DNA of 63,624 nt from an uncultured Planctomycetia bacterium (GCA_964628355.1 CAZVNB010000014.1:1-63624); one strand, 5' to 3'; shown: positions 1 through 9,183, counted from the stretch's first letter. Notes: generated by a model from the letters alone, not told the origin. Numbers and translations: made by a program.

Positions 1-29
1 AAAATTCGAAACCCTAGGAAGAGAGCAAA

Positions 30-2591
30 TTAATTTACAACAGTTTGCATGAGTCCGCCTATTTTTTTTCCGATGGTACGCCCCACAGGCATGAACATTT
101 TATCGTATTTAGGTTCTTTGAGTTTTCCATGCACATGGTACTGTGAAATTAAATCACCCGCCTGCTGCACCACCAACGGCACAAAACCTCCGGTGGCCGC
201 TGCTCCGCGATAAACGTCATCGGAGTACTGGATGTTCATGAGCATGTCCAGCTCGGAATCGAACGAAAGGGCGCCGCGCAGCGACAGGTTCACGGCATCT
301 CCCATCAGCGATAAATCCTCGGTGTAAATTTTTTTGTCGTGAATTTGAAAAGTGGCATTCATTTCCCGGAACGTGACCCAATCCAGACCTTCCACCTTCA
401 CCAGCGGCAGGTGTCCCATTGCTTTGAACTGTGCGGTTTGCCACAGAAGACCGTTGGTGACACTCAAGGCTCCTTGGCCGCGGTAGCTTTCCTGTGTCTG
501 CAAGGTTCCGCGCATAGCTAAATGTGCCACCAAAATTCCCGCTAGGTTTTTTTGGGTCGGCTCCAAGTTCAGATCAAGCTTGGCCAAATCAACATTATTC
601 AAATAAAGCCGACTATCGAAAAAAGTTCCCGGTTTATCCAAATTGAATAAAAACCGGCACCCGAGCGTGCCGTCGCCCAATTGTGCGCGCAAATACGGGA
701 CGTTGATGAGGCGATTTTTCATTCGGATCTGTATTTCAAGTTGTTGCAGGCGCAGCGTTTTTTGTAATTCAAGCAACGGAGTTTGAGCGTCCATTTTAAA
801 TTCCCAGTCTAGCGGCTGGTTCCAGTGTCCGATCAAAATAAAAGGGCCATGAAACGTTCCCTCGAGAATTAAAGATTTGAGCGCCGGTATTTTGCTGTTC
901 CATTCTGAAGTTAGTCGCTGCATAGAAATTTCCGCGTCACCTTCAAGCCGCATCGAAGGATCGTTCCAATCGACGAGCTTGCCTTTGAACGAGGCGGACA
1001 CTCCCGACAAAAATGCTTTGGCGTGTTCAAGCCAAAGCTCATTTCCATGCAGCGTGTAATCGGATCTTACTTCAAAATTTTTTGATTGAACGTGAAACCA
1101 TCCCGGCGTGGCCTCCTGTTTGGGAATGAACGCGTCCAGCAAATGGGCAGATCCGGAAAGCATGAAACGCGCCTGGCTGATTTCAATTCCTTTAGCGTTC
1201 ACGTGCAGCTGAGCGGAAAGATTCGAGCAATTGATTTTTCGGGCTCGGCTTTGCGCCGAAGCGTTTTGAATCGAAAGCATGTATTCGGTTGTTATTTTGG
1301 AAGGAGGTTTCAGGGAACCCTTCAAAAGCGTGATGGCCTGGCAGTCGCCGTCGATTTTTAAATCTTTTATTTTTTCAACCTCTTCGGCAGGCAAAAGGTC
1401 TATCAACTTGTCAATGGTCATGTGGGAACGTATCTGGCCGTCCAAAATAAGGTCATGGAAAGAGCGAACGGTTCCGGTGGCTTCAAAGGCCGTATCTTTG
1501 TATTCCCCGCGCAGAGTACGCACGGTCAAAAGATCCGGCTGGAAGTCCAAAAGCCCGGACAAATTATCCAGCCGCTTGATTTTAGATGACAAACCAGAGG
1601 CGTTGACACGGACGAGTTTTAGTTGCCCTTTGTACGTTTCAAATCGTTTCCAAATCGTATCAAAAACGCCCTGTGCTTCCAAATGCATCTGTCCGGAGTA
1701 CTGAGCGGTGGATACCTGTATCGATGCATTTTTTAAATGGGCAGTGCTTTGAAACAAAACAGAACTCTCTTTGCCGCTGACCAAATGGGTTTTGAGAAAA
1801 AATCGTCCTTGCTGCAGCACTAGAAAATGTCCTTTTTGGTAGTCGAGCAACCACGGCGGCACTTCTTGACTCAGCGCGGATAAATTAAAATCGTAACGAT
1901 CTTTTTCCAGGTCCCACCGACCTTCCACATCGACGGTTGCGTAAGAAGATGTGCCCAGCTTTATCTGTCCGTCAAAGCGTAACAGCGGGGGTTTCTGAAA
2001 GCCCATGCGGATATTGATGGACTGGATCACTTCCAGCGGGTCTTGGGACTTGTTTTGTCGGATGAGAAGGCGGCCGTTTTCAATTTCAATTTGTTCTAGA
2101 TAAACATTTTCCGGTAGAAAAAAATCCGGGCCATTGGCGATGTTTTTAAGATTCACGGGGGGATTGTCTGAAACGGCCGGGACTTCGATCTGTCCCGAGA
2201 TCACGGTTTTAGGGGGAGTCTCTTTGGGTTGCTTTTCTGTGGCCAGCGAATAGTCCCAAACGGGAGAATCGATGACAAAATGGTCGATAATAATTTTTTT
2301 CTCACGAAAAAAAGGCAAGATTTTTATATGAATAGAGAGTAAACGCGCGGAGAAAATAGGCGTTCCATCTTTTTCAAAAACTTTTAGGCGCTCCAACGTG
2401 AATCCGCGAAAGGGAAGGAAAATAATTTTATCGCAAAGCACTTTTTTGCGTGTTAGATGCTCTATTTTTACTAACGCTTTGTCCAGCAGGCGGCCTGGAA
2501 ATAGTCCCACTCGCCAGTAAACGACGCTCAGCACGCACAAAACAACCGCGAGTGTAAAAAGACGAAAAAATGGCGCGCGGCGCGATTTCAT
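30..2591 (-). CDS. AsmA-like / DUF748-type bridge-like envelope protein (N-terminal membrane anchor, beta-rich body, AsmA-like C-terminus)
   Basis: Long ORF with an N-terminal TM helix (LFTLAVVLCVLSVVYW), a beta-strand-rich body and a C-terminal ...ATFQIHDKKIYTEDLSLMGDAVNLSLRGALSFDSELDM...YHVHGKLKEP typical of AsmA C-termini. Start moved from 2612 to ATG 2591 because an extended -10 lies inside the longer ORF call. Confidence 0.7.
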   Translation of the reverse strand: MKSRRAPFFRLFTLAVVLCVLSVVYWRVGLFPGRLLDKALVKIEHLTRKKVLCDKIIFLPFRGFTLERLKVFEKDGTPIFSARLLSIHIKILPFFREKKIIIDHFVIDSPVWDYSLATEKQPKETPPKTVISGQIEVPAVSDNPPVNLKNIANGPDFFLPENVYLEQIEIENGRLLIRQNKSQDPLEVIQSINIRMGFQKPPLLRFDGQIKLGTSSYATVDVEGRWDLEKDRYDFNLSALSQEVPPWLLDYQKGHFLVLQQGRFFLKTHLVSGKESSVLFQSTAHLKNASIQVSTAQYSGQMHLEAQGVFDTIWKRFETYKGQLKLVRVNASGLSSKIKRLDNLSGLLDFQPDLLTVRTLRGEYKDTAFEATGTVRSFHDLILDGQIRSHMTIDKLIDLLPAEEVEKIKDLKIDGDCQAITLLKGSLKPPSKITTEYMLSIQNASAQSRARKINCSNLSAQLHVNAKGIEISQARFMLSGSAHLLDAFIPKQEATPGWFHVQSKNFEVRSDYTLHGNELWLEHAKAFLSGVSASFKGKLVDWNDPSMRLEGDAEISMQRLTSEWNSKIPALKSLILEGTFHGPFILIGHWNQPLDWEFKMDAQTPLLELQKTLRLQQLEIQIRMKNRLINVPYLRAQLGDGTLGCRFLFNLDKPGTFFDSRLYLNNVDLAKLDLNLEPTQKNLAGILVAHLAMRGTLQTQESYRGQGALSVTNGLLWQTAQFKAMGHLPLVKVEGLDWVTFREMNATFQIHDKKIYTEDLSLMGDAVNLSLRGALSFDSELDMLMNIQYSDDVYRGAAATGGFVPLVVQQAGDLISQYHVHGKLKEPKYDKMFMPVGRTIGKKIGGLMQTVVN

Positions 2592-2597
2592 GGGGTC

Positions 2598-2606
2598 ATT
2601 ATAGCA
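2598..2606 (-). promoter_or_regulatory. Extended -10 promoter (TGcTATAAT), probably giving a leaderless AsmA-like mRNA
   Basis: Minus strand reads TG-C-TATAAT-GACCCC-ATG(2591): consensus -10 followed by 6 nt and then the start codon. Confidence 0.65.
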
Positions 2607-2618
2607 TAGCAAAACTTC

Positions 2619-2647
2619 TTGATACGCTTTCGGCCATTCACTATAAT
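2619..2647 (+). promoter_or_regulatory. Sigma70-type promoter of the coaD-fab operon
   Basis: TTGATA (2619-2624), 17-bp spacer, TATAAT (2642-2647); coaD ATG at 2657. Confidence 0.75.
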
Positions 2648-2656
2648 GCGAGCATC

Positions 2657-3154
2657 ATGAAAAAAAGAATAACCCGAGGCGTGTACCCTGGCACGTTTGA
2701 CCCGGTGACTTACGGGCATATCGATTTGATTCATCGCGCGCTTGGGATGTTTGACGAAGTGATTGTTGCGGTCGCGCCTCAAGGCACGGACAAGCAGCCT
2801 CTTTTTTCCACCGAGGAACGCATGGTCTTTTTAAAAAAGGCGACGAAAAAATTGGGTCGGCGCGTTCGTATCGAGCCGTTTGAAGGTTTGGTCGTGAACT
2901 ATACGCGCAAAATGGGTGCGACGACGATGATCCGTGGCATCCGGATGTTGTCGGATTTTGAGTATGAGTTCCAAATGGCGCTCACCAATCGCAAGTTATC
3001 CGGTGACATAGAGACTATTTTTTTGATGCCGCATGAGGCGTACGCTTATCTTTCTAGCCGGCTTATCAAGGAGATTGCCGCGCTGGGGGGCGATATTCAT
3101 TCGTTCGTGCCTGATTATGTGGAGCGTGCGATTCGGCAAAAGTTCGGGAAATAG
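2657..3154 (+). CDS. coaD: Pantetheine-phosphate adenylyltransferase
   Basis: YPGTFDPVTYGHIDL (TxGH), IRGIRMLSDFEYEFQMALTNR, YLSSRLIKEIA. Start at ATG 2657, downstream of the promoter, rather than 2570. Confidence 0.96.
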   Translation: MKKRITRGVYPGTFDPVTYGHIDLIHRALGMFDEVIVAVAPQGTDKQPLFSTEERMVFLKKATKKLGRRVRIEPFEGLVVNYTRKMGATTMIRGIRMLSDFEYEFQMALTNRKLSGDIETIFLMPHEAYAYLSSRLIKEIAALGGDIHSFVPDYVERAIRQKFGK

Positions 3155-3167
3155 CCCGGGGCATTCG

Positions 3168-3584
3168 ATGAAAATTCTTTTGAAAAATTTTCGTGACGAT
3201 CAAAGCCAGGTTTTGGAAGAAGAGGTGGATGCGGAAGAATTGGACATCGACATCGGCATCATGCATTTTCCGGAGCCTATTCGCGTGAAGGCCGAAGCAT
3301 GGAAAAGCCAGGAAGATCTCACGGTGCAAGTGCATGTCGAGGGCGACCGTTTGTTCACCTGCTCGTTGTGCCTGGAAGAGTTCGATAATCTATTTGAAAA
3401 AGACATCACCCTTCATTATGATATCAAGGGTTTGGATTCAGTCACGATTGACCAGGATGTCCGGGATGAAATTATGCTGGACCACCCGATCCGCGTGCTT
3501 TGTCGCCCGGATTGTCGCGGGTTGTGCGCTTTTTGCGGGGCCAATTTGAACGACGGCCTGTGTGATTGTAAACCGGAACTATAG
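3168..3584 (+). CDS. yceD: DUF177/YceD family protein
   Basis: CSLCLEEF and LCRPDCRGLCAFCGANLN..CDC motifs; canonical position upstream of rpmF. Start at ATG 3168. Confidence 0.88.
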   Translation: MKILLKNFRDDQSQVLEEEVDAEELDIDIGIMHFPEPIRVKAEAWKSQEDLTVQVHVEGDRLFTCSLCLEEFDNLFEKDITLHYDIKGLDSVTIDQDVRDEIMLDHPIRVLCRPDCRGLCAFCGANLNDGLCDCKPEL

Positions 3585-3596
3585 AAAAGGAATAAA

Positions 3597-3815
3597 ATGC
3601 CAAATCCCAAACGTCGTCATTCCAACGCCCGCACGCGCAAACGCCGTACCCATGACGTGATGCGTGCCATGGCAACAGCCGTTGATCCCAACTGCCCGCT
3701 CGGCGCTGAAAATTGCGTTCCGCATGCCTCGCACCGTGTTTGTCCCAAATGCGGTTATTACAAGGGACGTCCGGTGCTTCAAATCAAAACGAAAGACAAG
3801 AAAAAATCCGCGTGA
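3597..3815 (+). CDS. rpmF: 50S ribosomal protein L32
   Basis: MPNPKRRHSNARTRKRR...HRVCPKCGYYKGR; SD-like AAGGA upstream; yceD-rpmF-plsX synteny. Confidence 0.95.
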   Translation: MPNPKRRHSNARTRKRRTHDVMRAMATAVDPNCPLGAENCVPHASHRVCPKCGYYKGRPVLQIKTKDKKKSA

Positions 3816-3854
3816 AATTCGAATTTTACCCCTATTTTCCATGAAGCTTCCTAA

Positions 3855-3976
3855 CAGTCTGCTCAAAAAGCCTCAGGTGCGAGGCGCGAGCGAGAGAGCA
3901 CGGAGGCGCTATGGGAATAGCGTCGCACAAGCGAACGAGCCCGCAACGAAGCAGGTGAGGCTTTTTCAGCAGGCTG
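3855..3976. mobile_element. 122-bp MITE-like element with 26-bp imperfect terminal inverted repeats and CTAA target duplication
   Basis: Left end CAGTCTGCTCAAAAAGCCTCAGGTGC matches the reverse complement of the right end (CAGCCTGCTGAAAAAGCCTCACCTGC) at 22/26. CTAA flanks both sides (3851-3854, 3977-3980). Internal hairpin GGCGCTAT-ggga-ATAGCGTC. Confidence 0.75.
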
Positions 3977-3983
3977 CTAATCG

Positions 3984-4979
3984 ATGAGAGTCGCGCTGGA
4001 CGCAATGGGCGGGGACGATGCGCCTTGTTCTGTCGTGGCGGGAGCAGTCGAAGCCGCGCGCGAGTTTGATTATCGTCTTATACTCGTTGGCGATCAAAAT
4101 CTATTGCAGTCCGAACTTGAAAAACACAGAAATCTTCCAAAGAACATTAGTGTGCATCATGCGGGAAGCTACGTGCGCATGGATGAGTCGGCGGCAATTT
4201 CAATCCGCAAGAAGAAAGACGCTTCCGTCGCTATTTGCGCGGATCTCTGCCGTGAAGGCAGAGTAGACGCGATGGTGACGGCAGGCCACACCGGCGCGGC
4301 TGTCGTGGCTTGTACGCTGAAATTGAGACTTCTCGAGGGCATCGAACGCCCGGGCATTGGTATTTTGTTTCCCACGATTGGCACGCCGACGTTTCTAATC
4401 GATGTGGGAGCCAACATCGATACCAAGCCTATTCATTTGTTTCAGTATGCGCTCATGGGCGATGTTTACTTTCGTTACCTTCTGAGAAAAAATCGTCCTT
4501 CCATCGGGATTTTGAACATCGGGGAGGAAGAAAGCAAAGGAACGGAATTCACCAAAGAAGCTCACCAGCTTCTGAGTAAAAGCCGGCTGCATTTTATCGG
4601 CAACGTGGAAGGGCGAGATATTTTTAACGGGCGTGTGGACATCGTGGTGTGCGACGGCTTTGTCGGCAATGTTGTTTTAAAAGTTTCCGAATCCATCGCT
4701 GATGTGATCGGAAGGCTGCTTAAACAAGAACTGCGCAAAAATCCAATCACGCAACTGGGGGCCTTGCTTGCCAAACCTGCATTCAATGCGTTAAGAAAAG
4801 AGATTGATTATGCCGAACAGGGCGGCGCGCCACTGTTGGGCATCCAAGGCACTTGTATTATCTGTCACGGATCTTCCAACGCACGCGCGATCAAAAATGC
4901 CGTTCGTGTCAGTGCCGAGTTCGTCAAATATGAAATCAATCAACATATCATCGAAGCGCTTCAAAATAGCAAGGAATGA
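3984..4979 (+). CDS. plsX: Phosphate acyltransferase PlsX
   Basis: MRVALDAMGGDDAP, AGHTGA, LIDVGAN, LNIGEEESKG, VCDGFVGNVVLK, GGAPLLG, ICHGSS. Confidence 0.97.
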   Translation: MRVALDAMGGDDAPCSVVAGAVEAAREFDYRLILVGDQNLLQSELEKHRNLPKNISVHHAGSYVRMDESAAISIRKKKDASVAICADLCREGRVDAMVTAGHTGAAVVACTLKLRLLEGIERPGIGILFPTIGTPTFLIDVGANIDTKPIHLFQYALMGDVYFRYLLRKNRPSIGILNIGEEESKGTEFTKEAHQLLSKSRLHFIGNVEGRDIFNGRVDIVVCDGFVGNVVLKVSESIADVIGRLLKQELRKNPITQLGALLAKPAFNALRKEIDYAEQGGAPLLGIQGTCIICHGSSNARAIKNAVRVSAEFVKYEINQHIIEALQNSKE

Positions 4980-5001
4980 CTTGCGCAGAGGTAAATAAAG
5001 C

Positions 5002-5982
5002 ATGAGCCTTCGAGCGGCGATCGCCGGGTTGGGATTTTATGTGCCCGACAAGGTGCTGACCAATCGCGATCTTGAAAAAATGGTGGAAACCTCCGACCAG
5101 TGGATACTGACCCGTACCGGTATCGCTGAAAGGCGCATCGCCGAAAAGGGGGTGGGTACTAGCCATCTGGCCGCACGCGCAGCCGAGATTGCGCTCCAAC
5201 GTGCCGGCATGAAAGCCCAGGAGTTGGATTTAATCATCGCGGCGACCACGACGCCTGATATGCCGTTACCTTCTTGCGCTTGTTTTGTTCAACAGAAAAT
5301 CGGCGCTACGCAGGCGGCGGCTTTTGATTTGGGGGCCGCCTGCGCGGGATTCGTTTACGCTCTTGTGACTGCCGAGCAGTTTATTCGCAATGGGCATTAT
5401 AAAAAAATATTGGTGCTGGGCGCCGACGTGATCTCTCCTTATATTGACTGGACGGACCGTTCCACTTGCATTCTTTTTGGGGATGGGGCAGGCGCCGCTA
5501 TTTTAATGCCTGCCTCCTCCGGAGGTATTCTCTCAAGCGTGCTCGGCTCCGATGGCAGGCATGCGGAGTTGCTCAAAATTTCCTGTGGCGGATCAAAAAC
5601 TCCTGCCAGCCATGAATCGGTGAATGCCAAAGGCCATTACTTGCGGATGAGCGGCGCCGATGTTTTCAAACTTGCCGTACGCGGGATGGCTGACGCGGTA
5701 ACAGAAGCGCTTTTACGTGCCGGCGTCAAACAGCAAGAGGTGGCGTGTTTCATCCCGCACCAGGCCAACCAGCGAATCATTGACGCCGTGGCAGAGCGCT
5801 TAGCGCTTCCGAAAGAAAAAATTTTCGTGAATCTGCAAAAATATGGCAACACGTCGGCGGCTTCCTGCGCGATTGCGCTGTGTGAAGCAGTGGAGGCTGG
5901 ACGAATTAAGAAAAAAGACAAAGTGGTGCTGGCCACATTTGGCAGCGGACTGGTTTGGGGTGCTTTGGTGATTGAATGGTAG
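5002..5982 (+). CDS. fabH: Beta-ketoacyl-ACP synthase III
   Basis: FDLGAACAGF (Cys), FIPHQAN (His), YGNTSAAS (Asn). Confidence 0.97.
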   Translation: MSLRAAIAGLGFYVPDKVLTNRDLEKMVETSDQWILTRTGIAERRIAEKGVGTSHLAARAAEIALQRAGMKAQELDLIIAATTTPDMPLPSCACFVQQKIGATQAAAFDLGAACAGFVYALVTAEQFIRNGHYKKILVLGADVISPYIDWTDRSTCILFGDGAGAAILMPASSGGILSSVLGSDGRHAELLKISCGGSKTPASHESVNAKGHYLRMSGADVFKLAVRGMADAVTEALLRAGVKQQEVACFIPHQANQRIIDAVAERLALPKEKIFVNLQKYGNTSAASCAIALCEAVEAGRIKKKDKVVLATFGSGLVWGALVIEW

Positions 5983-6899
5983 ACGTGGCCTTCCTCTTTC
6001 CTGGCCAAGGGTCTCAATTCACGGGAATGGGCAAAGATATCTATGAGACGTATCCCGCCGCCAAAAAAATCTATGACCGCGCGGCGGAAATTCTAGATTT
6101 TGACATCCGTTCCGTGTGTTTCAATGGTCCTGCCGAAACGCTGTCACAAACGCGATTCTGCCAGCCGGCTATTTTTGTCACCAGCATGGCAGCTTTAGAA
6201 GTTTTGAGGCATCATCCCAAGATGAAGCAGTTTAACGCGCGCTATGTCGCGGGACTGAGTCTGGGAGAGGCGACGGCGCTTTGCGCTGCCCAGGCAATTT
6301 CTTTCGACGATGGTCTGCGTTTTGTGCGCGCGCGCGGCCAGTTTATGGATGAAGCCGCACTTGAAAGACCCGGGCTGATGGCGGCGGTGCTGGGCACGGA
6401 CCTGCCGGTGGTCGAGCAAGTGTGTATCGAGACAGGCGCGGAAGTCGGGAATTTGAACGCACCCGGCCAAATCGTGATTTCCGGCTACCGAAAAAACGTG
6501 GAAGAAGCGATCGAAAAACTCCGCGAGAAAGGAGCCAAGAAAGTAATTCCCCTGGATGTGAGCGGGGGCTTTCATTCGCGTTGCATGGACTCCGCTTGCG
6601 TACGTATCGAGAAATCACTCGGCAATATCTCGATTGGTCTTCCCAGAATTGAAGTAGTCAGCAATCTGACGGCAAACGTGGAGCGCGACCCGGCAAAAAT
6701 CAAACAGAATCTTGTGCGCCAGATGAACCATCGCACGTTATGGGAAGATTCCATGCGTTTCATTCTTTCACAGGGCGTGCGAACGTTCATCGAATTTGCG
6801 CCGGGAAAAGTGTTAAAAGGTTTGCTAAAAAAAATCGATCCGAGCGCCGAAACCATTGCGCTCGGCACGTTGGAGGATTTTCATGCCATTGACGGATAA
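5976..6899 (+). CDS. fabD: Malonyl-CoA:ACP transacylase
   Basis: FLFPGQGSQ, TRFCQPAIF, AGLSLGE nucleophile motif, VSGGFHS. Confidence 0.96.
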   Translation: MVDVAFLFPGQGSQFTGMGKDIYETYPAAKKIYDRAAEILDFDIRSVCFNGPAETLSQTRFCQPAIFVTSMAALEVLRHHPKMKQFNARYVAGLSLGEATALCAAQAISFDDGLRFVRARGQFMDEAALERPGLMAAVLGTDLPVVEQVCIETGAEVGNLNAPGQIVISGYRKNVEEAIEKLREKGAKKVIPLDVSGGFHSRCMDSACVRIEKSLGNISIGLPRIEVVSNLTANVERDPAKIKQNLVRQMNHRTLWEDSMRFILSQGVRTFIEFAPGKVLKGLLKKIDPSAETIALGTLEDFHAIDG

Positions 6900-7641
6900 A
6901 CGCCTGGACGGAAAAGTAGCCATCGTGGTCGGCGCAAGTCGCGGGATTGGCCGAGAAATCTCTCTTTTATTCGCCGCTCATGGCGCCAAACTCGTCCTCA
7001 CCGCAAGAAATACCGAGCTTTTGCAGTCGCTTTCCGATGAAATTAAAAAAGCCGGAGGCTGTGAGCCACTTTGCGTGACGCTTGACGTAAAAAATTCCGA
7101 AAAAGTAGATGAAATGGTGGACAAAACGCTTGACAAGTTTAGCCGGGTTGATATACTCGTCAACAATGCAGGCGTGACACGCGATGGTCTTTTGCTTCGT
7201 ATGTCCGATGAAGATTGGGATGAGGTTCTCAACACGAATTTGCGAGGGGCTTTTTTTTGTCTTCGGGCTGTGGCCAAACCCATGATGCGTCAGCGGGCGG
7301 GGCGTGTTATCAACATGGCTTCTGTGATTGGTTTGATCGGAAATACAGGACAAGCCAATTACGCCGCAAGCAAAGCGGGTTTGATCGCGTTGACAAAATC
7401 TGCCGCCAAGGAGCTTGGTTCCCGTAATATCCTCGTAAATGCCATTGCGCCCGGATTTATTGATACGGAAATGACGCAAGCGCTCAGCGATGAGATCAAG
7501 AAAACAATTTTAAAATCAATTCCGGTTGGTTTTTTTGGAAAGCCGGCCGACGTAGCCAGAGTGGCGCTTTATCTGGCGACGGATGACAGCAGTTTCATAA
7601 CAGGGCAAGTTATTACCGTCGATGGCGGGATGGTAATGTAA
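6883..7641 (+). CDS. fabG: 3-oxoacyl-ACP reductase
   Basis: GASRGIG, NNAGVTRD, NYAASK, PGFIDTEMT; SD GGAGG precedes ATG 6883. Confidence 0.96.
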   Translation: MPLTDKRLDGKVAIVVGASRGIGREISLLFAAHGAKLVLTARNTELLQSLSDEIKKAGGCEPLCVTLDVKNSEKVDEMVDKTLDKFSRVDILVNNAGVTRDGLLLRMSDEDWDEVLNTNLRGAFFCLRAVAKPMMRQRAGRVINMASVIGLIGNTGQANYAASKAGLIALTKSAAKELGSRNILVNAIAPGFIDTEMTQALSDEIKKTILKSIPVGFFGKPADVARVALYLATDDSSFITGQVITVDGGMVM

Positions 7642-7674
7642 TGTGTATATATAAATGAAGGAGGAATGAATTCG

Positions 7675-7923
7675 ATGGCCGATGTCGTACAAAAAGTTAG
7701 ATCCATCATTGCGGAGCAATTGGGTGTCAAAATTGAAGAGGTGACTGATACCGCTTCTTTTGTTGATGACCTGGGAGCCGATTCTTTGGATACCGTGGAG
7801 CTAGTCATGGCTCTCGAGGAAGAATTCGGAATTGAAATTCCGGATGAAGAAGCGGAAAAAATGACATCGGTCGGTGAAGCTATTCGATATGTGGAAGTAA
7901 AGGCGGCCAAAAGCTCCAAATAA
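7675..7923 (+). CDS. acpP: Acyl carrier protein
   Basis: [21 protein letters not shown]; SD AAGGAGG spacing favours ATG 7675 over 7666. Confidence 0.97.
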   Translation: MADVVQKVRSIIAEQLGVKIEEVTDTASFVDDLGADSLDTVELVMALEEEFGIEIPDEEAEKMTSVGEAIRYVEVKAAKSSK

Positions 7924-7929
7924 AGCTGC

Positions 7930-9168
7930 ATGCCCTATTTACGTGTGGTGGTTACCGGTTTGGGAGTTGTGACGCCGGTCGGTAACAATGTCAACGATTT
8001 TTGGACCTCGCTTATCAGCGGCAAAAGCGGCGTTGATCGTTTAACCACGTTTGATCCCCACCAGTTTGACAGCAAAATAGCAGCCGAAGTTAAAAATTAC
8101 GATCCTAAGGCGACGATTCCGATGAAAGAATCCCGTCGCATGGAGAAGTTCTCTCAATTCGCCGTCACGGCGGCTAAAGAGGCCTTCACGGATTCAGGTC
8201 TGGATATGTCCAAGGAGAATCCTTATGAAGTCGGCGTCCTAATTGGTTCCGGCATTGGAAGCCTGCGAATCATTGAAGAAACCCATTCAATTTATCTCGA
8301 ACGCGGCCCCGAAAAATTTTCGCCGTTCATGATCCCTCTTCTTATTATCAATATGGCTTCAGGCTGGGTTTCTATTTTATTGGGACTGAAAGGGCCTAAC
8401 CTTGCCGTAGTCAGTGCTTGCGCCACAGGCACGCATGCGATTGGCGAGGCTTACCGCATGATTCAGCATGGCCAAGCCAAAGCGATGATTGCCGGGGGAA
8501 CAGAAAGTTGCATCACGCCGCTGGGTATCGGCGGATTTTGCGCGCTTAAGGCTCTCTCCAAACGAAATGACGATCCCAAAACGGCCTCAAGGCCGTTCGA
8601 CAAAGATCGTGATGGATTTGTCATGGGTGAAGGTGCGGGAGTGGTGGTGCTCGAAGAGCTCGAACATGCCAGTGCCCGTGGCGCGCGCATTTACGGAGAA
8701 GTCGCGGGGTACGCGCTTAACGGAGATGCTTTTCATATGACTGCACCTCATCCGGAGGGCGAAGGGGCCGCTCACTGCATGAACCAGGTTCTCAGGGAAG
8801 CAAATATGAAGCCCGAAGAAATTACGTACATCAACGCGCATGGGACTTCCACGGAATTAAACGACAAGATAGAAACTCTTGCGATCAAAAAAGTTTTTGG
8901 CGGATATGCAAAAAAAGTTCAGATCAGTTCCACCAAATCGATGACCGGGCACACGCTGGGCGCTGCCGGTGGCATCGAATTTGTGGCTTGCTGTCTTTCG
9001 CTGAAGCACCAAACGTTGCATCCTACGATCAACTGGACCACGCGCGACCCCGAATGCGATCTTGATTATATTCCCAACGTGGCAAGGAAAACGAACGTGG
9101 ATGTTTGTTTGTCCAACTCTCTGGGTTTTGGCGGCCACAACACTTCTTTGATCGTTAAACGGTTTTAG
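7930..9168 (+). CDS. fabF: Beta-ketoacyl-ACP synthase II
   Basis: SACATGTHAIG (Cys), INAHGTST (His), KSMTGHTLGAAG (His), SLGFGGHN. Confidence 0.97.
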   Translation: MPYLRVVVTGLGVVTPVGNNVNDFWTSLISGKSGVDRLTTFDPHQFDSKIAAEVKNYDPKATIPMKESRRMEKFSQFAVTAAKEAFTDSGLDMSKENPYEVGVLIGSGIGSLRIIEETHSIYLERGPEKFSPFMIPLLIINMASGWVSILLGLKGPNLAVVSACATGTHAIGEAYRMIQHGQAKAMIAGGTESCITPLGIGGFCALKALSKRNDDPKTASRPFDKDRDGFVMGEGAGVVVLEELEHASARGARIYGEVAGYALNGDAFHMTAPHPEGEGAAHCMNQVLREANMKPEEITYINAHGTSTELNDKIETLAIKKVFGGYAKKVQISSTKSMTGHTLGAAGGIEFVACCLSLKHQTLHPTINWTTRDPECDLDYIPNVARKTNVDVCLSNSLGFGGHNTSLIVKRF

Positions 9169-9183
9169 ATAGCTTAAGGGCAA

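Noticed and set aside
1084-1099. parS-like sequence (…AACGTGAAAC)
   Set aside because: Only half of the parS palindrome matches, and it lies within a coding region.
2570-2656. N-terminal extensions in the ORF track (coaD from 2570; likewise 3033, 6856, 23091, 46290, 49382, 53080, 58827)
   Set aside because: They overlap promoters or upstream genes, and homologous motifs begin at the downstream starts used here.
7640-7660. Internal acpP promoter in the AT-rich TGTGTATATATAAAT stretch
   Set aside because: No supporting -35, and a TSS would fall almost on the SD; cannot be supported.
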